From positions 1-64,000 of IMG/VR virus record IMGVR_UViG_2974598881_000001: a stretch of DNA of 64,000 bases, one strand, 5' to 3'. The stretch comes from a virus. Its lineage: Duplodnaviria > Caudoviricetes. The notes under the pieces are model-generated. The model did no database searches, was not told where the DNA came from, and worked only from the letters and a program-made list of their open reading frames with translations. The translations under genes and the position numbers were made by a program. Within the stretch, counting starts at the first letter, position 1. Each line of letters starts with the position of its first letter. Of this stretch, positions 10,069-19,500 are shown one piece after another.

Positions 10069-10553
10069 TACTCGAAACGGTCATGGACACCACTCGTCCG
10101 CAGCTTCGCCTCAAGGCCATCCAGAATAAGGTCGAGGGCGCAGGCCTTGCCGCGTTCATGCAAGGGTTTGCTTCTCAGATTCTTCAGGATCGAGCGGCAG
10201 AGCGATTCAACAACGGGGGCGATGACGCCTCTGGCGCGTGGCAGCCTCTTCGGGACTCGACGATTGCTCGGCGCGAGAAGCAGGGCTACGTCCCCATCAA
10301 GATCAACGATCGCACCGGCGCCCTCCGCGCCTGGGTGGAAAGCGCAAACGGAAGGATCGTTGCGACTAAGTCTGCAGCGGTTCTCGAGTGGCCCGGCACT
10401 CCGTCCAATAAGACGATCGGCAAGAAGCTCAAGGTAGCGCAGCAGGGTACTAACAGCCCCTACACGCCCGCCCGCCCAGTGGTCGCGATTAACAGTGGTG
10501 ACCTGCTGACAATTTTGGCCGCAATGGAAGCTTGGATTGGAGTTGGCCCGTGA
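10056..10553 (+). CDS. Virion morphogenesis/tail completion protein (Mu gpG-like)
   Basis: WQPLRDSTIARR and PARPVVAI motifs; synteny. Confidence 0.7.
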   Translation: MADLVLETVMDTTRPQLRLKAIQNKVEGAGLAAFMQGFASQILQDRAAERFNNGGDDASGAWQPLRDSTIARREKQGYVPIKINDRTGALRAWVESANGRIVATKSAAVLEWPGTPSNKTIGKKLKVAQQGTNSPYTPARPVVAINSGDLLTILAAMEAWIGVGP

Positions 10554-11035
10554 TCGACAACCCGGGAGACATCTTCTTTCCCTACAACGCCATTGCGGTT
10601 CTCGAGAGCGCTTCTCGTATCTACATCGACGAGGGCCTCAACATGGAACGTAGGCGTCTGATCGTAACAGACCCTAACGATACGATCGGCATTGTGCCGG
10701 TGAGCTGGAACCCCGTATCGGGCGAGATCGGCAGGGTGGAGTCCTCCACTCAGTTGTACACTCTGTACATTCAGACTCTTATCGTTGACCCGGACGAGGC
10801 GCGTGGCTTGCAGACGCACTCGTATCTGGCGAAGCGTATGAGGGAAATGCTTGTGCGCAACCAATCGCTACATGTAGCATTAATGTCGCTCAAGACGGTT
10901 GACCAGCACGGCGTGCGTGAAGCCTCACTCAAAGCCACTGTGGGCGAGCAGGTCTTTCACAATCAGGAAACCGACGGAAACTGGCGATACCTGAGCACGC
11001 TTGAGCTTCGGCTCGAAACCCAGATCAGTAACTAA
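10550..11035 (+). CDS. Putative tail terminator
   Basis: GTG start overlapping the upstream TGA; position before the major tail gene. Confidence 0.55.
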   Translation: MIDNPGDIFFPYNAIAVLESASRIYIDEGLNMERRRLIVTDPNDTIGIVPVSWNPVSGEIGRVESSTQLYTLYIQTLIVDPDEARGLQTHSYLAKRMREMLVRNQSLHVALMSLKTVDQHGVREASLKATVGEQVFHNQETDGNWRYLSTLELRLETQISN

Positions 11036-11048
11036 CAAGGAGTTGGGA

Positions 11049-11384
11049 ATGCCATCAGTCGAAGAGCTGCAGGCCAAGCGCGAAGAGCTCAAGGCACTGC
11101 AGGCCGAGAACGCCGAGGCCCAGGCTGCGGGCGACGAGGCCGCTGCCGAGAAGCGGCGCCAGGCCGAGTTCGACCGCCTCGAGCAGGAGATCGAGTTCGC
11201 CAAGCAGTCGCAGGCGATCCTGAACGGGACGCCCCCGAGCAACGAGTCCGAGGCGCCGGGTGACAACACCCCGCCGGACAACACGAACCCCGAGGCACAG
11301 GCGAGTCCGACGACCGCGCCCCCGGCCTGGCGACCTTCCGCCCCGTCCACCGGGACGGCGAACGACGAGACCGAGGAGAACTAA
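11049..11384 (+). CDS. Hypothetical coiled-coil/low-complexity protein
   Basis: SD AAGGAG; helical N-terminus with Pro/Thr-rich tail. Confidence 0.55.
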   Translation: MPSVEELQAKREELKALQAENAEAQAAGDEAAAEKRRQAEFDRLEQEIEFAKQSQAILNGTPPSNESEAPGDNTPPDNTNPEAQASPTTAPPAWRPSAPSTGTANDETEEN

Positions 11385-11387
11385 GTC

Positions 11388-12410
11388 ATGGGTGTCAGTT
11401 CACAGCAGGGCGTCTTCGCCTTCAAGACGCAGACCGCGCGCGGCGTCCCGGCTACCGACCTCGGTACGACTGGCGTCGCTCTCTACCGCACGGGCGGGTC
11501 GCTGACTCCGAACCGTGAGCTCATGATCCCCGACGCGGAGATCGGCGGAGGTCGCGACGTTCCCGACGCGCTCCTCGGCCCCGTCTCGTTCGGCGGCGAC
11601 ATCGAGTTCTACACCCGTTTCGTCTCCATCGGCACCCTCCTCAAGGCCGCCCTCGGCGTCCCGGTGTCGGCTCCGAAGGCGGGCGTCACGGGCGCGAACG
11701 AGCACACGTTCACTCCGACCGACCTCACGACCCTGCCGTTCCTGACGGTGTACGAGCGCATCGGCGCGGACCTCGAGCGCGTCCTGTACCAGGACGTGGT
11801 GGTCAACACGCTGCACCTCGAGGCCGACGCGGACGGCTACCTCACCGGCACGGCGGGCCTCATCGGCTGCCGCGCGACCTTCGGCGTCCCCGACGTCGAT
11901 GTGTCGCAGGTGCTCGACGAGACCTCGATCACGGTCGGCACGAACATCAAGGTCCTGTACGACGGCGCGGACATCAAGGCGAAGTCGTTCTCGATCGACA
12001 TCAACAACAACTTCGAGGACGACGACTTCCGTCTCGGCTCCTTTTACCTGGAGGACCTGACCCCGAAGCGTCGCGAGGTCAACGGTTCGCTGACCCTGCG
12101 CCACGAGAACAAGGACCTCATGCGGCAGTCGCTGCTCGGCTCCTCGACGGCGACGCAGGCCGGTGGCCTCACCGCCAAGAAGCCGATCGAGATCCAGATC
12201 GACACCTACGGCGAGATCGCGGGCACCACCCCGCCCGAGGTCTTCAGTCTGAACCTCGAGTTCCCGAAGACGGTGTTCGAGCCCTTCGGCTTCGAGCCCT
12301 CGGGCGACGACATCCTGGAGTCCGATGTGACGTTCCAGGCGCTGCGTCCGGTCTCGACCACCCCGGTCATGACTGCGGTCCTGACCAACGGCGAGGACGC
12401 CGTGGTGTAA
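11388..12410 (+). CDS. Major tail (tube) protein
   Basis: 340 aa, strong codon bias, upstream of chaperone and tape measure. Confidence 0.85.
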   Translation: MGVSSQQGVFAFKTQTARGVPATDLGTTGVALYRTGGSLTPNRELMIPDAEIGGGRDVPDALLGPVSFGGDIEFYTRFVSIGTLLKAALGVPVSAPKAGVTGANEHTFTPTDLTTLPFLTVYERIGADLERVLYQDVVVNTLHLEADADGYLTGTAGLIGCRATFGVPDVDVSQVLDETSITVGTNIKVLYDGADIKAKSFSIDINNNFEDDDFRLGSFYLEDLTPKRREVNGSLTLRHENKDLMRQSLLGSSTATQAGGLTAKKPIEIQIDTYGEIAGTTPPEVFSLNLEFPKTVFEPFGFEPSGDDILESDVTFQALRPVSTTPVMTAVLTNGEDAVV

Positions 12411-12436
12411 GCTCCCAGATTACCTCCTGGGATGGT

Positions 12437-12475
12437 CCGCCCCTGGTCGTGTTGTCAAGTCGCGACCAGGGGCGG
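12437..12475 (+). terminator. 13-bp hairpin between the major tail gene and the tRNA
   Basis: CCGCCCCTGGTCG pairs with CGACCAGGGGCGG. Confidence 0.55.
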
Positions 12476-12480
12476 CCTTA

Positions 12481-12553
12481 TGGCATATAGCTCAATCGGC
12501 AGAGCTTCCGACTGTTAATCGGATGGTTACAGGTTCAAGTCCTGTTATGCCAG
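12481..12553 (+). tRNA. tRNA-Asn (GTT)
   Basis: Acceptor stem TGGCATA/TATGCCA with discriminator G; D arm AGCTCAATCGGCAGAGC; anticodon arm TCCGA-CTGTTAA-TCGGA; T arm ACAGG-TTCAAGT-CCTGT; CCA not encoded. Confidence 0.95.
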
Positions 12554-12601
12554 CTTAACAACTGAATACATGTCAACTAAGACCAGTGAAAGGGTCAAAC
12601 A

Positions 12602-13186
12602 ATGACGCAGGCAGCTTACGAGCAGGACACCAGCGACTTCGACGGTCGCCCCGAGGCGGAGCGCGCCAACCAGCGCGCCGTGGCGGCGGGCGAGCGCATC
12701 GAGGACCGGCAGTTCGTGGACTACTTCGCCACGCCGCAGCCGACGCGCTACTACCTGCCCGACGGTGTGCAGTACTTCGACTACGTCGAGCTCCGCGAGG
12801 GCGGCAAGGCGCAGTACGAGAAGGCCACCAACAAGGACATCCGCGTCCAGCGCTCGACCGGTGATGCGCGCCTGTCGGTGGACCCCGCCGTGCAGCGTCA
12901 GACGCTCGTTCGCCTCTCGGTGGTGGACGCCTACCTCCTCGAGTCGGACGGTCACGGCGGCTCGCGGCGCATCCCGTTCAACGCCGACCGGCCCGGCAAG
13001 TTCTGGGAGAACCTGTTCAACTTCTTCCCGGCGAAGATCGTGGAGGACCTGAACCAGGAGATCATCAAGGCCAACTCCTGGCTCGCCGCCGACGACGACG
13101 TCGAGGCCCTCAAGGAGGAGCGCGAGCGCCTCGACGAGCGCATCGAGCGCGCGGAGGAGGAGCAGGCAAAAAAGATCTCCTCCTAG
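12602..13186 (+). CDS. Tail assembly chaperone (gpG-like)
   Basis: Between major tail and tape measure; ends just after the slippery site A AAA AAG (13168-13174). Confidence 0.88.
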   Translation: MTQAAYEQDTSDFDGRPEAERANQRAVAAGERIEDRQFVDYFATPQPTRYYLPDGVQYFDYVELREGGKAQYEKATNKDIRVQRSTGDARLSVDPAVQRQTLVRLSVVDAYLLESDGHGGSRRIPFNADRPGKFWENLFNFFPAKIVEDLNQEIIKANSWLAADDDVEALKEERERLDERIERAEEEQAKKISS

Positions 13187-13449
13187 AGCAAGCGCAGGAT
13201 TTCGTCAAGGGTAAGGGTATCTCGAACCCCCATCCCGCACTTCTGATCTACGCTCGACTCGAGGCGATGAAGTGGGCGATTCCCTACACTCCTGGAGGGA
13301 TGGAAGACCAGAGCGTAATGCTCCTCCGTTGTTTCGACTTGATCAATAAGGTCAAGAACGATCACGAGAGACAAGAGAATAAGAAGCGTGACCAAGAAAT
13401 GAAGGCGCGGCAGAAGTCGCCGAAAGCCTCAGCTCGACGGAGACGCTGA
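12602..13449 (+). CDS. Tail assembly chaperone, -1 frameshift product (gpGT-like)
   Basis: The -1 frame after A AAA AAG reads DLLLEQAQDFVKG... without a stop into ORF 13267..13449. Confidence 0.85.
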
Positions 13450-13495
13450 CACACGAAGGGTAGTGCTTGCGAGCACTACCCTTCGTGTGTATCAT
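13449..13495 (+). promoter_or_regulatory. 19-bp perfect inverted repeat overlapping a SigA-type promoter for the tape measure gene
   Basis: Arms 13449-13467 and 13472-13490, loop TGCG; TTGCGA(13467-72)-17 nt-TATCAT(13490-95). Confidence 0.65.
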
Positions 13496-13556
13496 GGGTA
13501 CGAACTCAAGGACACCCGAGGTCCATTTCATTGGACTTCGAAGTCTGGAGTGAGCC

Positions 13557-16500
13557 TTGAACTCGGCAGCGACGAACATTCTCATCACCGCGCAGGCAGC
13601 GCAGGCGGTCGCAACTCTTAACCGCGTTCAGGCCCAGCTTCGTGCCCTTCAGATCGCTGCCCGCACTGCGCAGACCTCGTCGAACGGTAGCTGGTTCGGC
13701 ACGATGGCCGCAGGCCAGGGGCGCATCACCGCGACTCAGGCCTCTCTTCGAGGATTCATCGCCTCGACCAACACAGCGAACGCTGCCAGTAATAGGCCGT
13801 GGTTCGCGTCGATGACAGCTGCCGGTTCCAGGCTACAGTGGATCGGCAAGCAGCTCACAATGAACTTCACGGCACCACTCTTGCTTGCGGCGGGAGCGGG
13901 TGTCAAGTTTGGCTTGGACATGGAGAAGTCCATGACCAGGCTGAAGAAGGTCTACGGCGATGGCTCGATGAGCGCCAAGCAGCAGACCAACGAGGTCAAG
14001 GCGCTCGAGAAGGCGATGATCGCCCTTTCGGACACCTACGGTGTAGCCTCGGATGAGGTTGCCAATGTCGCCGCCGACTGGGCGGCTGCGGGTAGCTCGG
14101 GCAAGGCGCTTGCCGAGCAGACCAAGCTCACCCTCGAGACGATGATTCTCGGCGAGATGGACGCCGAGGAGGCTACCAAGTCTCTGATCGCCATTCAGGC
14201 TCAGTGGGGCGCGGTCACCGAGACCACCTCCGACAAGCTGGATAAGAATGGCAAGGTTATCCAGAAGGTTGCCAACGACAAGCTGAGTCTCACTACTATT
14301 CTTCGCCAGCTCAACGCGGTGGAGAACGAGACCGGCACCTCGATGCAGGACCTCGTTACCGCGTTCAGCAAGGCGTCGGGCGTTGCTCGCACTGTTGGTC
14401 TCGACACCGCCCACCTTGCCGCGATGGTGGCAGCGCTTGTTCCCGCAGCGGGCAGTGCAACCGAGGCCGGTAACGGCCTCAAGACGATGCTCACTCGCGT
14501 CATGAACCCGACCAGGGCTACCCGTCAGGTTCTCGATGCGATGGGCATTTCGCTCTCGGACGCGGGCTGGCAGAGTGCAAACGCCGCACAGCGTCTTGAG
14601 ATGTTGTCTGAGAAGTTCGGTGGCCTGACTCAGGCCCAGAAGATCCAGGCGTCCGCGTTGGTCGCCTCGGTGTGGCAGATTAACAAGTTCGAAGTCCTTA
14701 TGGACTCGATGCGCAACAAGATGGGCTACTACCACAAGTCGCTCGCCTTGCTTGCGGATCAGGACCGCGTGGCGATGATCGCTCAGCGAGAGCTTAACGC
14801 GGTCCTCGAATCGAGCCCGCAGCGTGCAAAGCAGGCTGGCGCTATCATCAAGAACTCCTTGATGAAGGCTATGGAGCCACTGATCCCTGTTATCATTCAG
14901 GTGGCGCTGTGGTTCGGCAAGCTGTTCCGAGCCTTCTCGGAGATTTCGCCTTCGGTGCGATCCCTGATTGTTGTCATTCTTCTTGTGATGGCAGCACTTG
15001 GCCCCATGATTATCATGATGGGCCTCCTTAAGCTTTCGATCGGCCAGCTTGCACCGATCTTTGCGGTTCTCGGTCGAGCTATTCTGCTCCCGCTAGCTCC
15101 GCTCAAGCTCCTCTCGATCGCGTTCTGGGCGAGCATGATTCGCTCGACCGTCGCTGCAAAGGCCCTGCTCGGCGTCATTGCGGTTGGCAAGGTCTTCGCG
15201 ATTGGCATGACTTCGGTTGCAGCCATTACGGTTGGCGCGTGGCGCCTTCTCTACATGGCTGTAGCATCTAACGCACTCAAGACTGCGGCCGTCTGGGTTT
15301 CGACTACCGGCATGATGATGCTGGCCAGCTTCCGCCTTCAGGCCTCGCTGATCGCGGCGGCGCTTATTCTTAAGGCTCGCCTTCTCGTAATCAACGCCTC
15401 GATGTGGATTATGATGGTGGCCGCTAACGCGAGCTACTACGCTCGTATGCTGGCTATGAACGCCATGTTCTACACCGGCATGGTTTTTGCCATCTTGGTA
15501 GCCAAGGCTAAGATTATCGCTGCAACAATCGCGACATGGGCCACCACTACGGCCATCACCGCCGCAGGGATTGTCCGAAACTTGGGACTCTGGGCACTGT
15601 TCTCGCGCGGAGTCGGTCTCATCTGGGCCGGTATGCGCGCCGTCGCTGCAGCGGGTGCGGCCGCAATGGTGACTATCCAGACCGCGATGGCAGCGGCCTC
15701 ACTCGTCGTGCAGAAGGCATGGGCCGTCGCCACCCTGGTTACTTCGGCAGCCATGTGGAAGGGGCTCATCGCCCTCGCCCTGGGCGGCTCGCGAGGTATC
15801 GTTACGGTTGTCGCTCGAGCTGGCGCAATGCTGCTGGCAGTTCTGGCGTCGCCTTGGGCGCTCGCAATCGGAGTCGTTGTTGGCCTGATTGTGATGTTCC
15901 GAACGCAGATTGTACAGGCGTTCAACAACATCGTCAACTACTTCAAGAACCTCCCTGCCGAGACTGCCAAGGGTCTTTCGCCTTTGACAAACATCTTCGT
16001 CAAGGCAAAGAACGCAGTCGTCAACGCTTTCAATGCGCTTCCGGCGGGCGTGAAGAACGCCCTACTTGCAGTCGTGCGCATCGTTCGCGCGGCGGCTATG
16101 AAGGTGTACGAGCTGTTCTCGTACATCAACCCGTTTGCTCGCCACTCTCCCTCGTTGGTCGAGAACGTTACTAACGGTATGGCCGAGGTGAACAGGCAGT
16201 TCACCAACTCTGCGGCTGTTGCCAAGCGCTCGATCAACGAGATGCACGCCTCGGTCAAGAGCCTCGAGGGCATGGGCAAGGGGCTTGCCGCTGCCAACGC
16301 ACAGGCCGACCGAGACAAGGTTGCGAGTAACGCTGGCAAGGCTGGCGTCGGCAACGCGATGCCCGAGTATGATCGACTGAACGCTCAGGTCAAGGCTTCC
16401 AAGGCTGAGCTCGCTAGCATGAACGCTGCTATCGAAGCACAGGAGGCCAAGCTCAAGTCTGTCAAGGCTGGCGTCGAGGCGTACGACGCTGCGCTCGAGA

Positions 16501-19500
16501 AGATGAACAGTGAGCTCGCGACCACCGAGTCCATCCAGCAGGACGTCTCCCGCGCCCTGGATGCCGCTAAGGCACGCTATGACCGCTTTGCCAACGCTCA
16601 GATCAAGGGCATGGGCGCGGCGGAAGATGCTATCTTCGCTAACACGATGGCGCAGAAGCGACTGCAGCTTCAGATCAAGAAGATGGAGCAGGAGTCCGGC
16701 GGCGTCGACAGCCTGACCGACTCGTACTCCAAGCTTCAGGGCTCGATCGAAGAGCTGACCGCTAAGCAGAAGGAACTGCGCGAAGGTGGCGCAGGGTCTG
16801 ACGTGCTTGGCGAGTACGACAAGATGATCGCCGAGCTCAAGGCTCAGCAGGGCGGCATCATGGACGGTCAGCTCGACGGTCCCGCCGGAAAGCTCAAGGA
16901 GCTTAACGACCAGCTTCAGCAGCTTCAGAACCAGGCCGAGATCATGGACCTGGAGAAGTCGCTTCAGTTCGACTCGCTGAACCGTAACATCGAGAAGTTC
17001 AAGAACAACGTCGAAGAGCTTCCGTACGGCCAGATCATGCAGGGGATGGACTCCTCTCGCACCTCGGTTAATAATCTTCAGTACGCTTACGACAGCTTGG
17101 GTATCGTGATCGACGGCCAGAAGGCCAAGATTGCCGACACCCAGGCTGCTCGTGATGCGCTTCAGAAGACCTACGACGCCGAGAACACCAAGCTCGAGAA
17201 GGTCAAGGAGACCTACCAGGAGCTTGAGGAGGCTATCCGCTCGGGCGAGCAGGCGATGCAGGACTTCGCCTCGCAGGCCGAACAGGCCGTGCAGCGCCAG
17301 GAGGAAGCCGCAGCCGCAGCCGAGAAGGCCGCAAAGGCTGGCAAGAAGGGCAAGGGCGGCGGCGGAGGCGACGACACCTCGAATGCGCTTCAGAACTTCG
17401 AGGATGCTGGCGCGGGCGACTTCCCGACCTTCGGCGGCAAGGATACCATCGGTCGCGAGGGCGGTCTTGGTGATCAGTCTTCGCAGATTGACCAGTTCAC
17501 CAAGAGCCTCACCGAGGGGCTCGAGACCAGCCTCGGTGGGCTGAACCCGTTCGCACCCCTCATGAAGTGGTGGGACAACACGGTCAACTGGTTCAAGGGT
17601 ATGATGGGGCCGTTCGGCGACATCTTCTCAGGAATCGGCGAGGGTATTCGAGTCGCGTTCGGTTCGGACGACACCGGCGCGGTAAGCGGCTTCGGTCAGA
17701 CGATTCAGACAGTCAAGGATTCGCTCAGCGGATTCTGGGACACGCTCAAGACTATCGGTAGCCTTATCGGTGGTCTATTTGGCCCTGACCTTATGACTTC
17801 GGTTTCTGAGTTCGGCAAGGGCTTTGCAGACATCTGGGGCAAGATCTCCGGCCCACTTAAGGATCTCGGCGCCGAGGTCATGCCGTTCATCAAGGCGGCA
17901 TTTGAGGCACTTGTTCCCGTCATTGGCATTTTTGTTGGCGCCCTGGAGATCATCTGGGAAGTTATCAACGGAGCTATCGGACCCGTCTTCAACTGGCTGG
18001 GCGACATCATTAAGTCGATCATCCAGGTTATCACTGGTGTTGTTAAGATTATCACGGGCGTCATCAATGTTGTGGTCGGTCTTGTTAAGACTGTCATTGG
18101 CGTTATCAAGGGTATCTTCACTGGAGACTGGAGTACCGCAATCGAAGGGCTGAAGCAGCTCTTCTCTGATGGATTTGGCAAGATCTTCAGCGGAATCTGG
18201 GATATTGTCAAGGGCATCTTTGGTGCCATCTGGTCTACGATCAAGAACTTTGTTTCCCTTATTATTAACACCATCTGGGGATTCATCAAGGGTGTTATTG
18301 ACTTCTTCACCGAGCTTTGGGACGTGCTCGTTGGACACTCGATTGTTCCTGATATGGTCAACGCGATCATCGAGTGGTTCTTCAAGCTGCCCGGCACACT
18401 GCTTGGAATGATTGGCGACTTTATTGTCGCTATTGTTACGTTCTTCTTCGAGCTCCCCGGAAAGATTCTCGGAGCACTTGGTGAACTCGGCGGTCTACTT
18501 GGAGAGTGGCTCGGCAAGGCGTGGACTTGGCTCAAGGATAACGCCCCCGGCTTGGCCGAAGGCTTCATGCAGTGGGTGCGTGATTTCCCCGAGAACTTCA
18601 TGACCGGTCTCGGCGTGTTGGGTGACAAGATCGGCCCTTGGTTTGGCAAGGCTTGGGATTGGCTTAAGGACAATGCGCCTAATCTAATCCTTGGCTTCCT
18701 CACCTGGGTGGCCGGTATTCCCGGCTTCATCTTGGAGAAGCTCGGCCAGCCTGCCGGTATGCTTCTCCAGTACGGCAAGGATATGATCCAGGGTCTGCTT
18801 GACGGCGCTGGCTCCTTGCTCAAGGACATCGGCAAGTTCATGCTCGACAAGCTGCCGGGATGGATCAAGGAGCCCTTCAAGAAGGCGATGGGGATCGCGT
18901 CCCCCTCGAAGGTTTTTAAGGGCTACGGCAAGAACCTCGGCGAGGGTCTCGTCATCGGCATGGACGGCCAGCAGAAGGCCGTGGAGGATTCCTCCAAGGC
19001 TCTCGCGGCGGCTGCCGACACCGGGCCTATCGACATCAGTGCCGCTCCCGATACTTCGAGCGTGACCGGGGCGATGAATGCCGTAGCGAAGCAGGCAGCC
19101 GCCGCGCCCGCAGCAACGGCCACTATCGACGCGCAGGCGGGCGCGGTCGCCGCCGCCGACCCGTCGCAGCTCAACCTTGACTCCACGACTGCGGAGCTCG
19201 ACGCATTCATCGCAGACTCGACCGCCAAGTTGGACGCATTCAACGCGCAGGTGACCGGCAGTATGGTCGCGATGGCCGAGGCTATCGCTGCAGCGTTCAA
19301 GGCTATTGAGACCTCGGCCTCCACCTCGTTCACTGCACTCGCGGGAACCGGTGTTAGCCAGTTCACGACGATGCAGACGACTTTGGTTGCCATCGTCACC
19401 AAGATGGTCGCCGACATCGCGGCTCAGCTGCAGTCGCTGTTGGAGCAGGTTAAGGCGTTCACTACTCAGTTCGCCGCCGCGTGGCAGGCGCTGTGGGACA

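Noticed and set aside
13168-13174. Tail chaperone -1 frameshift as a novelty
   Set aside because: It is well supported but is the standard lambda G/GT-type mechanism; listed as a feature only.
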